A DNA stretch of 64,000 nucleotides, taken from contig OX597826.1 of the NCBI GenBank assembly GCA_951406725.2, positions 66,464,001 through 66,528,000 on the forward strand. The letters are read 5' to 3'. A program made the translations under genes and the position numbers. This DNA comes from Octopus vulgaris (taxonomy: Eukaryota). Shown here piece by piece: positions 1 to 15,089 of the stretch (positions are counted from its first letter, which is position 1; the number at the start of each line of letters is the position of its first letter). The notes below the pieces were generated by a model. The model had not been told where the DNA came from, made no database searches, and saw only the letters and a list, made by a program, of their open reading frames with translations.

Positions 1-309
1 GTGTGAGTGTGTGCGTGTGTGAGTGTGTGTGTATGTGTGTGTATACATATGTATATACACATATGTGTATGTGTGTATGCATACACATACACATGAGTAG
101 TGTAGTTTGTAAGAAGCATTGTCTGATATACATATAATTATTTTTCATTTTTCTTATAACGCCAGAACAATGCAAGTTGTAAGAAATTATGAGTCGGTGG
201 TTTTTACTTCTAATTCGAATTTCCTGAAGAACGGGCCTTTAATGCCGAAATACTGAAGTACAAGCTAAAAGTAGAAACCAGCATCTTATATTATATCTTG
301 CAACGTGAG

Positions 310-530
310 GTACGTGTTGGCAGAATGGTTGCCGCGTCGGACAAAATGCTTAGCATGATTTCTTCCGGCTTTATGTTCTGAGTTCAAATATCACCGATGT
401 CGACTTTGCTTTCATCCCTTAGGGATCAATAAGAAAATAAGAATCAGACGAGTGCAGGGAGTCGATGTAATCGACTTGTCCCATCCTCTTAAAATTTCGG
501 GTCACGTGCCTTCTATAGCAGAATAGATTA
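310..530 (+). mobile_element. SINE family A, diverged
   Basis: Matches family A. Further copies or fragments at 4745-4900, 15300-15395, 18460-18560 and 51020-51218 (-). Confidence 0.75.
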
Positions 531-575
531 TTTCATATAACTTTGAATTGGTTTGGCTTCATAAAGAAAATTTAA

Positions 576-606
<31 letters not shown>

Positions 607-611
607 GATAC

Positions 612-1020
612 CACGCGTGGATGTGTGGTAAGAAGCTTGCTTCCCAACCATATGGTTTCGGGTTCAGTCCTTCTGCGTAGTAACTTGGGCAAGTGTCTTC
701 CACTATACCCTCGGGCCGGCCAAATTCTTTTGAGTGGATTTAGTAGACGGAAACTGAAAGAAATCCGTCGTTTATATATATGTGTGTGTGTGTGTATATG
801 TGTGTGCATTTTTGTTCGTTTGTCCCCACCACCATCGCTTGACAACCGATGCTAGTGTGTTTACGTCCCTGTAATTTAGCGGTTTGGTAAAACAGAACGA
901 TATAATAAGTACCACAGGCTTTCAAAGAATAAGTCCTGGGCTCATTTTCTCCAACTAAAAGGTGGTGCTCCAGTATGGCCACAGTCAAATGACTGAACCA
1001 AATAAGAGAATAAAAGAAAA
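612..1020 (+). mobile_element. SINE family B
   Basis: Colinear with 6315-6740. Confidence 0.85.
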
Positions 1021-1034
1021 TATATATATATATA

Positions 1035-1240
1035 TATATTTCGTTTTTGGATTTGGTTTGCAAGATTCTTTATATGGGTTCGTGTGTTGAAGCATATTCT
1101 ATTGTGTCTGGGGAGAGTCGTTTTCTTTTTGTGCCTTATAGTGTAACACACTCACTGGTAAAATTTCCACTTATTTCTTAATTTTATTTTCCTAAAATAT
1201 TCGTTGCGTCTTGCAACCTTTTCAGACGCAACCTTTTCAA
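1035..1240 (-). mobile_element. Family G short element in (TA)n with HHR-like motif
   Basis: Matches 43311-43625. Minus strand CTGAAAA-G-GTTGC-aagac-GCAAC-GAATATTTT, preceded by a duplicated TTGAAAAGGTTGC. Confidence 0.55.
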
Positions 1241-1419
1241 TATATATATATATGTCCATTCTGATGGTGTACATTCAGTTGTTTCAGCTGTATGAAATAC
1301 CTGTCCCTAAATTAATGTGCTAAGTAGCGGAGTATTACATGGACACGTGTAACCATAACATAATCCTCAGGCTAAACCAATGTGATATGAATGAACTTTT
1401 AAAGTACAAGTACAATTCA

Positions 1420-1488
<69 letters not shown>

Positions 1489-1661
1489 GCTCTAGTAGTA
1501 GACTTGCCATTTTATGTATCGACTCCGAAAAGATGAAAGATAAAATTGAGAGCACAGACTGCAAGAAAGAAAAACACAAGAAATACTATTCGAAGTTAAA
1601 ACGATTTTGGCAATCCTACATGAGCGCGTGTGAAGGGTTTTATATTTACATATCTACATAT

Positions 1662-1724
<63 letters not shown>

Positions 1725-1823
1725 GTCAGACACACATATATATATATGCACACATATAAACATATATATATACATATATATGTATACGCATATTCATACA
1801 TACATGTGTATATATACATATAC

Positions 1824-1858
<35 letters not shown>

Positions 1859-2349
1859 CATATATTATATATATGTATGTATGTATATATATATATGTGT
1901 ATAATTAAAAGAAATAACCTCTATTAAGCAATTCAATTAATAATGAAAGATATTATATATAATAAATCATATAGAAAGAATTTAAATATATTATAATAAA
2001 TATTATTCTAAAAATCACTATATATATATGCATGTCTATATGTATACATCTATCTAGACAAACATATATATACAGTCATATATGCATAGCGATACATAAA
2101 TATATCCATAAATTCATATATATATCAACGCTTATCCATCCATCCATCCATCCATCCATGCATCCATACATATATTTCTCAATACATATTTTGATATCAC
2201 AACATATGATAACCATAAAGTGCTCTGAAGTTGAGCAAAAGTAATGCTCTTATCTATATATGCAAGAATAGACAGGTAAAATGCACAACGGTGTATGAAT
2301 ATTAATGATAATATAAATATCGATTTTACCCGATGGAAATAAGTATCGT

Positions 2350-3050
2350 AACTCCTGGGAATGTCCATCCACAGACTACAGTTCGCACTTATTCCTCCAG
2401 GCTGTCCAGAATAGGCACCAGATCAAAGGCAGATGTTTACTGTTTACCCTCGTCGTAGTCCACAAGCATTTCGCATATACGTGGTTAAGTGTGGTATATA
2501 TAATGTACCCTACTATCTAGGAATGTCCAGCAACTCGCTACAGTCCAGCGACCAGTTCACCTAGCTGTCCACCATGTTAATAATATATACCTGACCAAAC
2601 CAGACCAGAGTTGACCAGGTCAGAGCAGACCAAACCAGATTAGAGCAGGCGTGACCACATGGAGGTGTTCAACTACGTAGCGTAGTCCACGTACTGTTTA
2701 CATATATGTCAGGTACCACATCTTCTGGGAATGTTCAGTTATAGATCACAGCTCCTCAAATAATCTACTAATAGTTCACGCGTAGTCAGCAGTACATAAA
2801 AGATCAATAGATCACGGATCATCTGGTAACGTTCAAACTCGTAGAAGTCCAAGCAGTAATTTATGTAAGCGTCGTATGTAGTAAGTATTAGATCTGCGAA
2901 TGTTCAGTCTTAGGAACTACAGTCCAGCAAGCTGTCAAAAGTAGGTATCAGACCGTCTGGGAATATTCAGGCTAAGGTCTTAGACCAGTCGAACCCAGCT
3001 AGACCTAACTAGACTTGTCCAGTCCGGTTGGTTTATTCCAGATCAGACCA
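2350..3050. repeat. Degenerate tandem repeat with recurring CTGGGAATGTYCAG...CTACAGTCC blocks and (CCAGA)n
   Basis: Blocks at ~2355, 2517, 2725, 2823, 2893 and 2957. Confidence 0.6.
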
Positions 3051-3136
3051 GATCAATCCAGAGCTCGTCTTGATTCATTTTCTTTGTCTCTGGGTCTGGA
3101 CCCTTAAAACTTTGCGATGACTGGCGTGTTGGTGAC

Positions 3137-3207
<71 letters not shown>

Positions 3208-3962
3208 AGTGTGTTCCTGTGTGATTAGTGGTGTGTGTGTGATGTTTCTTGTGTACGTATGCAATGTATATTTATGGATGCGCATATGTGATGAATAGTG
3301 TGTGTATGTAAATAAATGTGTATATGTGTGTGTGTGAGATGACGGATGTGTGTGTATGTATGTCACAACTGGTGTGTGGGCATGAGTGTGTTGGTGGAAG
3401 TGTGTGTATGCGTGTATTGAGTGGTGCGTGTGTGTAGGTTTTTTGATGACGGGTGTGTCCGTGTTATGCGTACATATGTCTATGTGTGTGTGCATGCGTG
3501 CGTGTGTCTCTGTGTGTATATGTACAAGTTAGTATGTATATGCATTAGCGTAAAGCTAGTACGTAGATGCATTGGTGTGTATATGTGTGTATACGTGCAA
3601 CAGATGGTTTATGTGTGTACTTATGAATATGTGTGTATACATGTACTAGCGAATATGTGTGTGTATGTGTGCGTATATATGTAAAACTGGTGTTTATGTG
3701 TGTAACAGCTAGAGTATGTGTGTATATATGTGATAACTTATGAATGTGCGTGTATGCATGCACACAGTGTGTGTGTGTTTGACTGGTGGTGTATATGTAT
3801 TATGTATGTGTGTATATGTATGTGATTTAAGTGTATAAGTGTGTGTCTCTAATGGCTATTGTATACGCAAACACACACATATCTATCTATCTATTGACCA
3901 CAATCGTAATGTGTATGTGATCACTTATGAACGTATGTATGTTTAACTATCTGTGCAAGCAG

Positions 3963-4455
<493 letters not shown>

Positions 4456-5112
4456 TGTATGTATGCATATATCGCAACTGGTATGTATATTTGTTTACAG
4501 CAATTTTTTTAACATTTAAATCTACACACACACACACACGCACACACACACACACACGCGCACACACACACACACATACATACACACACACACGCACACA
4601 CACATGCACCCACACAGAGGACAACGACTGCCAAATCGATATCTTTCGCGTCCCACGAGGGGATTCTTCCTAGAACTCGCATGTCAGATCACTACTTTTG
4701 GCAACGGTGAGGCCCAGATTTTGGTGCCAATGAATATATCGTCAACAACATTCTGAGTTCAAACTCTCACCGCGGAAAATTTTACGTTTTAGCTTTATTT
4801 CCTCTCAGATTTTCATCGAAATACCAGTAATATAATTAGGGTTATATTTAATTACCTATTTAATATACCCCTTCCATAATTCTGACCTTCCGCTATCCAA
4901 TGTAAGACATCCTTATTCTAATATTTCTGTGACAACCAGTTATCCTTTATTTTCATTGCTTCAGCCATTGGACTGCGGTCCATGCTGGGGCACCGCCTTA
5001 AATGGTTTTAGAACAAATCAACTCCAGTACTTTATTTTCCTATCGGTCATTATTGCCTAACCGTAAGGCGACCAGTCGCCAAGATGGTGGCGATTGGGAC
5101 AAACACCCCCAA

Positions 5113-5271
<159 letters not shown>

Positions 5272-5379
5272 TATCCTTAAAATCCTTTAAAATGTTTTAG
5301 CCCGAAGGCCGCGGCCATGCTGGGGCACCACCGCTGAGCTCTGTGGTCAGTAACTAGACCTTAGAAGGTCTGGAGTCAA

Positions 5380-5410
<31 letters not shown>

Positions 5411-5599
5411 ATGATGGCCTTCAGCGCAGTTTCTGGTTTCTGTTTACTAAAATCTCTCACATGGCGTTGGTGACCCAGTGGCTTTAGTAGAAAACATTTT
5501 TTGCCGAAGGTACTGCGCAGTAGGACTGAACCCCCAACCTACGTAATTGCCAAGCGACTTTCTCAACCACACACCCAAGCCCGCACCTAATATTTTTTT

Positions 5600-6015
5600 A
5601 CAAAAGCTCGGGCAGGCAGTGAGCGACATTTCTTCTGACTTTGTGTTCTGAGCTCAAATGCCGCCGGTATCAAGATTGCCTTTTATCTTTTTAGGGGTCA
5701 ATAAAATAAGGACCAGAAGAACACGGATCAATGTAATCAACTGAGACACTTCTCCCAAAATTCCAAGCCCTGTGCCAAAGTTTAAAATTAATATTTATTA
5801 CGAAAACTAAGGCGGCGGTGAGTAGGCGGAATCTTAACCACGCCGGACAAAATGCTTCAGAGAATTTCTTCCGACTTTGCTTTCATTATTTTCGGGGTCA
5901 ATAAAATGAGTACCGATTGCAACACTGGGGCCGATGCAATCGACTTATCGCCCTCCGCCCCGAAAATTACTGGGCTTGGGGTTAGGGTTAGGGTTAAACT
6001 TAAAGCTATTATTTA
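5600..6015 (+). mobile_element. Two tandem SINE A copies; the second contains a short TTAGGG run
   Basis: Family A motifs; GGGGTTAGGGTTAGGGTTAA at ~5978-5997. Confidence 0.7.
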
Positions 6016-6205
6016 TTGCAAAGACACAGATCTTCCTGCATTTTTATATGTTTTCAGAGGAAGTGCAGATTCAACCGAGATTCGAAACACAGACCTCGTA
6101 GTCAACGGTCCCTCATCGTAGTCCTCTCAGCCAATTTTCACTGCTTCATAAAAACAACGTAATATATACATACATACATACATATATAGATAGATAGATA
6201 TATAG

Positions 6206-6787
<582 letters not shown>

Positions 6788-6974
6788 GTATATATATATG
6801 TATATATATGTATATGTATGTATTGCACACGAATACGTTTTAAATAGTTAAATGCGTAATAGATGAGAAAAGAGAAAGTGAACATTGTAAGCCCTGGCTG
6901 GGATTTTAATCTAGAGTTAATCAGAATGTATTAAAAAAACATGCAAGTTGCATTGGTTGCATAGACTGAGTAGA

Positions 6975-7159
6975 GTGGTGGTGGTGGTGGTGGTGGTGGT
7001 GGTGGTGGTGGTGGTGGTGGGTTCAGAGGTGCAGGGTTATAGATCGGGATAAGTAAATAGAAATATGACTGCGCATATGTTGCAGCAAAGTGTTGCACAT
7101 GTGCAACATTGTGCAAGTATAACAAGTGATAGCGATAACGACCTAAAAAAACACAAAAA

Positions 7160-7203
<44 letters not shown>

Positions 7204-7332
7204 CCCCGCCTTCACCACCACCACCACCACCACCACCACCACCACCACCACCACCACCAACATCGCCACCGCCACCACCATCACCGTCGCCAGCATCAGT
7301 ACTACCACATCCACCACATCCACCACGACCAA

Positions 7333-7393
<61 letters not shown>

Positions 7394-7556
7394 GAGTCGT
7401 GGCCAAGAAGACCATAATCAATGCCGCCGCCCCACCGCCGCCGCCACAGCCGCCGCCGCCACCGCCACCCCCACCACCACCACTACCACCACCACAACCA
7501 CCACCACCACAACTACTACTAGCCGCTTATACCATTGTCGTCACCACGACAACGAT

Positions 7557-7594
<38 letters not shown>

Positions 7595-7855
7595 AATAAC
7601 AATGATGTCGACGACCGCTACCGGCGCCGTCACCGCCGCCCTCAAAACCACCACCACCACCACCACCACTACCAATACCAACACCACCACAACTACCACT
7701 ACTATCAATGCCACGCCACTATAGTCCCATCAACAACAACACAAATATTGACACTAACTTCACCACCACCTCCAATACCATCTGCAACTTACTATTACAC
7801 CACCACACCAACACCAAGATCAACACCAATACCATTAAAATTACCACCACCAGCT
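6975..7855. repeat. Compound trinucleotide repeats (GGT, CCA, CTA, CCG)n
   Basis: Seen directly; they explain the poly-P, poly-T and poly-L ORFs. Confidence 0.9.
7038..7143 (-). CDS. Candidate terminal exon of an unidentified gene
   Basis: Acceptor GTTTTTGTGTTTTTTTAG|GTCG. Unique sequence; one frame reads SLSLSLVILAQCCTCATLCCNICAVIFLFTYPDL*. No homology recognised. Confidence 0.25.
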
Positions 7856-7964
7856 GCGGGACCTGAAAACTTGAAATATAATTAGTCATCATACTTAATT
7901 ACATAAGCACACATACACACACACACGCACAAGACAAAAATACTTGGTGTTATATTCACACAAT

Positions 7965-8757
7965 TTTGGTGACACCTCCACAACATCTATAGACCTCCAT
8001 AACATGCACAATACCTTTACAATATATATAGACCCTCATAGCAGTCACAGTACCTCTACAACATATATAGACCCTCATAATAGTCACAGTACCTCTACAA
8101 CATATATAGACCCTCATAATAGTCACAGTACCTCTACAAGATATATAGGCCCTCATAGCAGTCACAATACCTTTACAACATATATAGACCCTCATAGTAG
8201 TCACAGTACCTCTACAACATATATAGACCCTTATAATAGTCACAGTACCTCTACAACATATATAGACCCTCGTAGCTGTCATAGTACATCTACAACATAC
8301 ATAGGCCATCATAGCAGTCACAGTACCTCTATAACATATATAGACCTTCGTAGCAATCAAAGTACCTCTACAACATATATAGACCCTCATAGCATCACAG
8401 TACCTCAACAAGATGTATAGAGCCTCGTAGCAGTCAAAGTACCTCTACAACATATATAGACCCTCATAGCAGCCAAAGTACCCCTATAACATATATAGAC
8501 CCTCATAACCATCACAGTACCTCTACAACATATATCGGCCCTCATAACAGTCACAGTACGTCTACAACACGTATAGACCACCATCTCATTCACAGTACCT
8601 CTACAACATATATAGAGCTCCATAGAAGTCACAGTGCCTCTATAGCATATATAGATATCCACAGCAATCCCAGGACCTCTACAGCATATATAGACCTGCA
8701 TTCCATTCATAGTACCTCTACAACATGTATAGAGCTCCATAGAAGTCACAGTACCTT
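7965..8757. repeat. 39-bp minisatellite, ~20 units
   Basis: Consensus CACAGTACCTCTACAACATATATAGACCCTCATAGCAGT. Confidence 0.95.
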
Positions 8758-8779
8758 GACATTGTTCACAGCATCCCCA

Positions 8780-9345
8780 GAAGTCATTGCAAAGGAAGCA
8801 AAATGGTGTACAAATCTACTTAAAGCAACCACAGCTTCTACATTTGCTCAAGAAAAAGAAACAACTAAATTAATGTACAGATAATATATGGTATATCTAT
8901 CCTTGTACTTTGCCAGTCCTGCTTAGGCCTCAATCACTCCGCAACAAATCACAATAAACTACAAGGATCGAAAAACAATGCCCTTCGAGTCATTAGAGGT
9001 TGCACACGGACCTCACTCACAGACTACCCATGAAATATACAGTGGGCTTTGATTTAAGCACAAGAGCAGCGGTTTTGAAAGGACTTGATCGGAACTTTAT
9101 TTTATCAAACTCGGATGCATGAAAGTAAGGTTGACTTCGGCAGGATTTGAACGTACATATGAAATATAGGATGAAAGCAAACGTAAACCAACTGCATATG
9201 GGAAGAGCCCAGTTTTTTTCCGGTTGCAAACTGCAATTCCCATTCTGCTCTACGACAGCATGAATAAATCAATTCCAAACACATAGAGCCATAGCCAATA
9301 CCTCAGAAGACTACTACATTGTTTCTAAAATCCTCTTTCCTTCAC
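8780..9345 (+). mobile_element. Decayed I/Jockey-group LINE RT C-terminal remnant, interrupted at ~9050-9200
   Basis: LKATTASTFAQEKETTKLMY, YFASPA and KLQGSKNNALRVIRGCTRTS. Confidence 0.6.
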
Positions 9346-9631
9346 TCAGCACGGATACGCATAAGGAACGTGTACACAGAAGCAGCTGCGACGGCAGTGG
9401 TATTGATATACTCTAATTTCCAAGTGTAATGCACACCATTAGCAAAAAAATAGAGGGAGAGCAACTGTCAGCGCGCTGATCGAGACTACTTTTACACGCC
9501 TCCGCTGTGCCAACCACAAAAATCTATGGACGAACAAAAATAGACACTGAACAGAATATAATATGGTGAGGTTGTTATACTGCACCCAATGTGATTCATA
9601 ATTGCATTTAGGAGTGTGCAGTATTTGTAGA

Positions 9632-9680
<49 letters not shown>

Positions 9681-9949
9681 ACATACAGAAACACATCTCT
9701 ATACAAAATAAGTTCAAGGAAGCTTTAAATAAAATGTCTAGGGAAACGGGTGGAGTGGTAACAGTGCCACAAAATAGCTTTGCATACATGTATAGTTAAG
9801 ACAGCGAATAAAAGTTAGTAATAAAATATAGAAACACGACAATAAGACGCTAATAAAATGAAACTCGATTGTTATAAAAAACTAATAAAATATTAAAATG
9901 AACGAAATAGTATTGAGCTACTCGGTACTTGTTAATACTTAATATTTAA

Positions 9950-10680
9950 AGAGACGAGGATCAGCCATGTTTGGTGGAAAAACAATGTCGAGAGAGTGTG
10001 TCCCCAAAATTCAGCTGTTTTGAAGGGAGAAAAACACAAAGGGTTTGTGGATGGAATATGCGATGCATATGTGAGATATTCGGGAGGCATGAATGCGATT
10101 CGCTAAATTTGGCAAACAGAGTTCGGATAGGAAATATCCGGAGTGGTGGGACCAAGGAATGGAAGCTCACCCGAACAGTTTCCATGGAAGTAACAGAAGG
10201 AAAAATCAGACGAATGATGCTCCATCGATGACTGAACAATTTCAGTGACGAAAAGAACTCATTTATGCAGTTATGTATTCAATTTTGCGGGTCATCAAGT
10301 GTAGACAACACATATTTGGAGATTCAAACCAAATGTGTGAGCAGCTTTGAACGGATATGGCTTTTGTAGATAATACAACAGAACTTCAAATACGAGGAGC
10401 TTTTGTAAGGAATAGGACAAGTCGACAATTCAAACCACCGCTCTGTTGAAAGACGTAATGTAGGAAAGATGATGCGAATATAAGACCATTGAGCCTATCC
10501 AAAGAGATTTCTTCAAAATAGTACTCTTCATCGAAATAAGAAATATGTGGAATATTAGGATGGGAGCAGATATATACTAAATTGGTCTTCGAAGCACCAA
10601 ATATAACAAAAGATTCGTTTTCTAATGGCATGGAGACCGGTAGGCCATTGAGAAAAATCTGGAATAAAGTTCAAGGGGTG
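9950..10680 (+). pseudogene. Highly decayed hAT (Charlie/GTF2IRD2-like) transposase
   Basis: Fragments TNDAPSMT (cf. TDGAPSMTG), TDMAFVDNTTELQIRG (cf. DLAFLVDIT..LQG) and WEQIYTKL (cf. CEQLFSKM). Confidence 0.4.
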
Positions 10681-11239
10681 GCGTCTTTTATAGGTGAAAT
10701 CTTAAAATTTGGCGCCATCAGAAGAAATGTCAGTAAAAGCTTTTATTATTTTGCTAGATAAAGCGGGGCAGTTTGCGCTGGGAAGGGGTGGAGTATGCCT
10801 GCATTACTTCAAAACTAGCGCAGGAATGAGGTGAAAGAAACAACAATCATATTAAATATTTAGTGCAGAATTAAGTAAATCTAAATTTAAACCAGGTCTG
10901 GAATTATAAACATGCGGTCATTTAATAAAAAAAAAACACACACACACACACTATCGCGCACGCTCAGGCACACACACACACGCGCGCGCGCAAAGATATA
11001 TGTACAAACAAGTTCATTATATCAAAAGTTGACAAGTCACTCGGAGTTTCGCCCCGAGCTCAGTTATTCACGACTGTGATATTTATGGGTTGACTCTCTA
11101 GGTCTAGAGGCGAAATTTGAAGCCATAATTAACCCGTATACACACACACACACACACACACGCGCACACTCATATACATTATGTATACATACATATATAT
11201 ATACATATGTATTTACATATATATACATATACACATATA

Positions 11240-12538
11240 CGAGGGGAAGTCAAAAATTATCCATACTTCCGCCATAACATATCTTCATTATTGTCACACT
11301 GCCTTCTGTGCATGCGTGCTTATAGTTGGTACTATTGTGGTCACGTGATCGAAATTTGAGCCTGATCGCGCCATTTTTCTTTCTGGCTTTACAGTGTAAA
11401 CATGGCCGCTCCACTAGCAATGTGCACCAAAGAAGAACAAAGTGCAGTGATCTGATTTCTATGGTCATAGGGTGTGTCAGGTACTGAAATTCATCGGAGG
11501 CTTTTGGCACAATACTGTCACAGTGCACTACCGCGTAGACGTGTGTATGAGTGGATCGAGAAGTTTAAAAGTGGCCGGACAAAGCGTGACGCACGAAGAG
11601 GGAATAGGACACCCGTCAATATCCACCACTGATGAGGAGATTCTGTAAGCTTGAAAGATGGCAATGGTTAACCGGCGAGTTATCATCGTTTTCTGCAGAT
11701 TTGTTATAGTTCTGCCCATCAAATGATCCACGATGAGCTCGGCTTTCATAAAGTTTGTGAAAGATGGTTGCCAAGAGAGCTTACTGTAGAGCACAAGTGC
11801 ATACATCTTGAGATCAGCCAACGTTTAATCGATCGTTACAACAATGAGGGCGAAGAATTTTAGAGTAGAATAGTCTCAGATGAAATGTGGGTCCATCATT
11901 ATGAGGGAGAATCCAAAAGACAGAGTATGGAGTAGAAATATCCTGGCTCGCTAGCAACGAAGAAATTCAAGACTCAGTCTTTCACGGGAAAGGTGATGCT
12001 AATCCTTTTTTGGGGACTCAAAAGGGTCTGTACTGGAAGACAAATCGGTAAAGGAGAGTACGATCAGCAGTGCAAGATACAGTGCTTTGCTGGCCAACAA
12101 ACTGAAGCCAGCAATTCGCACCAAACGCCGAAGCCTATTGTCGAAGAAACCTTTATTGTTGCATGACAATGCACGCCCACAAACGACTGCCCAGATCGTT
12201 GAAACCATTAACCAACTGGGTTTTGAGGTGCTGGAACATCTTGCCTACAGCCCAGATTTCACCACTTCCGACTTTTATATAGTTGGACCGCTCAAAGATG
12301 GTTTATGAGGTCGTCGATGACCTACGGATGAAGATGTGAAGGAAGCGGAGCATAAATGGTTGCACGCCCAAAAGAAAACCTTCATGGAAGGAATACGCAA
12401 GCTTGTGGATCGCTGGACCAAGTGCATCAAAAAGGCAGGAGACTATATAGAAAAACGACGTACTTGTTTATCCCTTTAATTTTGTGTAAATACATTGAAA
12501 AAAAAACAAGAGAACGCATAATTTATGACTCTCCCTTG
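11240..12538 (+). mobile_element. Full-length decayed mariner (DD34D-type) transposon
   Basis: Imperfect TIRs CGAGGGGAAGTCAAAAATTAT / ATAATTTATGACTCTCCCTTG, 5' TA. Broken transposase with VYEWIEKFKSGR, LLLHDNARP and YSPDFTTSDF. Confidence 0.9.
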
Positions 12539-12890
12539 TGTCTGTCTGTCTCTGTGTGTGTATCTTCTAGGATCTCGGGCATCCTCCATCCGATTGCACT
12601 CAAAGTTGATATGTAGATACCGACGGTATCAGGGCGTGTATAAGTCTTGAAAAAATTACAAAAATCGATTCCAGGTGAGAATGCGATCGATAAAGCCGTA
12701 GGAAAGTGCTCTTGTGCGCGCAAGTACATCAGTCGAAATCCGTTTTTTGATGGTGTCTGAAATTTAGGTTAAATCAGTGTTTCTCAAAGGGGAGGCCTAT
12801 GGGACGGTCGGACAAATTGTTTTGAGAAAATTTGGTTTAAATGTTTGACAACTCAGCACTGTCCATTGGACGGGGGAGTTTTGGTCGTAC
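12539..12890 (+). mobile_element. Non-autonomous Helitron-like element, copy 1
   Basis: Near-identical to 41905-42283; 3' hairpin CTGTCCATTGGACGG. Confidence 0.6.
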
Positions 12891-12892
12891 AC

Positions 12893-12983
<91 letters not shown>

Positions 12984-13577
12984 ATTAATCGCCAATATGC
13001 ATCTAAACATATACGTGCACATTGACTGATGAATCACACACACTTCAGTTGATACCGAAGCACTTCAGTCAGTATTTGTACGTTTTCTTCTCAACAATTT
13101 CGAAGGCCAAAGGTGACAAAATATTTACCAAAATAGAAATCATTCTTTTGATAATTGATAAAAACGAGCCGAATATAGATATGAAACGTGTGTGTGTGTA
13201 TGTTGCTATACGTATGTTAATAGGTAAGTGCGCTGCACGTGTGTGCACATGCATCTATGTGTAGGTGTGTAAGTGTGCAGTGAAATACAGGTAACGAAGT
13301 AGGTGGATGATAAATATATATATACAGGAGTTGTGTGTGTGTGGCGGGGGTGGCCTGGTTTGGTGGTGGTAGTGGAAGGGTCGGTGGTGCAGCTGGTGGT
13401 GAGTGGTTATTTTTCTTTGGGGTGGTGGTAGTGTTGTGTGTGTGTGTGTGTGTGTGTGTTTATGTGTGTGTAGGGGTGGAATGGAGAATTTGAACTTGAC
13501 GTGTAAACATAAGGATTCGGAGTATCGGTGATGATGTGTTCTGCTCCGTAGCTGTGCTGCTGCTGCTGCTGCTGCTG

Positions 13578-13635
<58 letters not shown>

Positions 13636-13689
13636 TACTACTACTACTACTACGTATATTCTGGGCTCTCCGTTCATAACTCTTCCGTC

Positions 13690-14130
13690 TTATTTTGATA
13701 CGCATCCTCACTTACGGTCATCAATGAAAGAGTAAGATCGCAAATACTAGCGGCCGCAATGGGGTACTTCCGAAAGATCTCTCGAATAACCTTGATCGAT
13801 AGGAAGCGTAGCTCGGAGATGAGAGAATCTCTCCTGATCGATTCATTGCTTCTCCGGATTGAGAGGTCACAACTCCGGTTCTACTGACATGTTATTAGAA
13901 TGTCGCAGGAAAGAAGAACGAAACGGATTCTTCAAGCTGAGGCATCCTTCACGAAACCTAGGGGATAGACCAAGAGTAAGGTGGCTGGATCATATCCACT
14001 GTTCCAGTCGGTCACGCTTGGAAAACAAGCCTGGAAATATAATGATGGTTGCTTCTGATAGGACTCTATGGAAGAAATGCCTGACGATTCTACCCCTACA
14101 GCTTGCAGGGGACATAGGGATAAGAACGTG
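13690..14130 (+). mobile_element. RTE-clade LINE 3' remnant
   Basis: Frameshifted ILTYGH, LLLRIERSQLRF..HVIRM and RGRPRVRWLD. Confidence 0.75.
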
Positions 14131-14222
14131 ATGATTGGATAGTATCTATAGCCTGCGTTGGTCACGCATGGGTATCCAGCCGAAAAATTTACTGTCGGTT
14201 GTGCCTGATAAGGCCCTAAGGT

Positions 14223-14370
14223 ATTGGTTCCCAACCTTTTCACTACCAAGAACCCCTTTTATTTAAATGAGTTTTCCCACGGACTCCAGGATATTGAAAG
14301 GTCAGTCAGCTTAACATGTTCACGGACCCTCAGTACAAGCTTTGCGGACTACAGATGGGGAACCACTGTT
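14223..14370. mobile_element. hAT-type MITE
   Basis: Ends TGGTTCCCAACC ... GGGGAACCACTG. Confidence 0.55.
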
Positions 14371-14614
14371 CTATGGAGAAGGTGTCTGAGCACTCTACCT
14401 CGACAACCCTCCCAGGAATAAAGGGTTGCGAACATAAACAGATGGATGACAGTAACAAAGACTTCTTTATTTAATGTCCTAAAAGTTTAAGATGGTGAAA
14501 TGTGTTTTGAGGTATATTTACTGCTATTTCAAACAGATCGTGTGGCTGCGTAGGGATGACTTATCTATTGGTTAGTTAGTGATGGTGGCGGTGTTGCTAG
14601 TGGTGGTGATTTGT

Positions 14615-14782
14615 TATTTCTTTATTGCCCACAAGGGGCTAAACATAGAGGGGACAAACAAGGACAGACAAAGGGATTAAGTCGATTACGTCGACTCCAG
14701 TGCGTAACTGGTACTTAATTTATCGACCCCGAAAGGATGAAAGTCAAAGTCGGCCTCGGCGGAATTTGAACTCAGAACGTAA
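14615..14782 (-). mobile_element. SINE family A, 5'-truncated with TSD
   Basis: GGTGGTGATTTGT on both sides. Confidence 0.85.
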
Positions 14783-14995
14783 GGTGGTGGTGATTTGTGT
14801 AGCAATGTTGACGACGTGTGTGTAGATGAATGCATGGTGTGTGTGGGTGTGGGTGTATCGGTGTATGATAATAGTGTCTGTTACCTTTACTGCTGTGATA
14901 ACATGACCCCTATCTATTAATGATAACGAAGGACCGAAAAAACAGTAAACAAGATATAGATTGCCGTCATTACCCTTATTTTGATTACGATGATA

Positions 14996-15036
<41 letters not shown>

Positions 15037-15058
15037 CATGATCATCATCATCATCATC

Positions 15059-15089
<31 letters not shown>

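Noticed and set aside
218-260. CTGAAGA-ac-GGGC...GCC-GAAA hammerhead-like match
   Set aside because: Stem III and the cleavage triplet do not fit and there is no second copy; not counted.
1285-1375. Minus-strand CTGAGGA ... GAAAC as a long-stem hammerhead
   Set aside because: Could not find convincing stems or a UH site.
7065-7885. Proline-rich extensin- or formin-like ORFs
   Set aside because: Built from adjacent trinucleotide microsatellites with no domain content.
7965-8757. CRISPR-like array
   Set aside because: Head-to-tail units without unique spacers, no cas genes, eukaryotic context.
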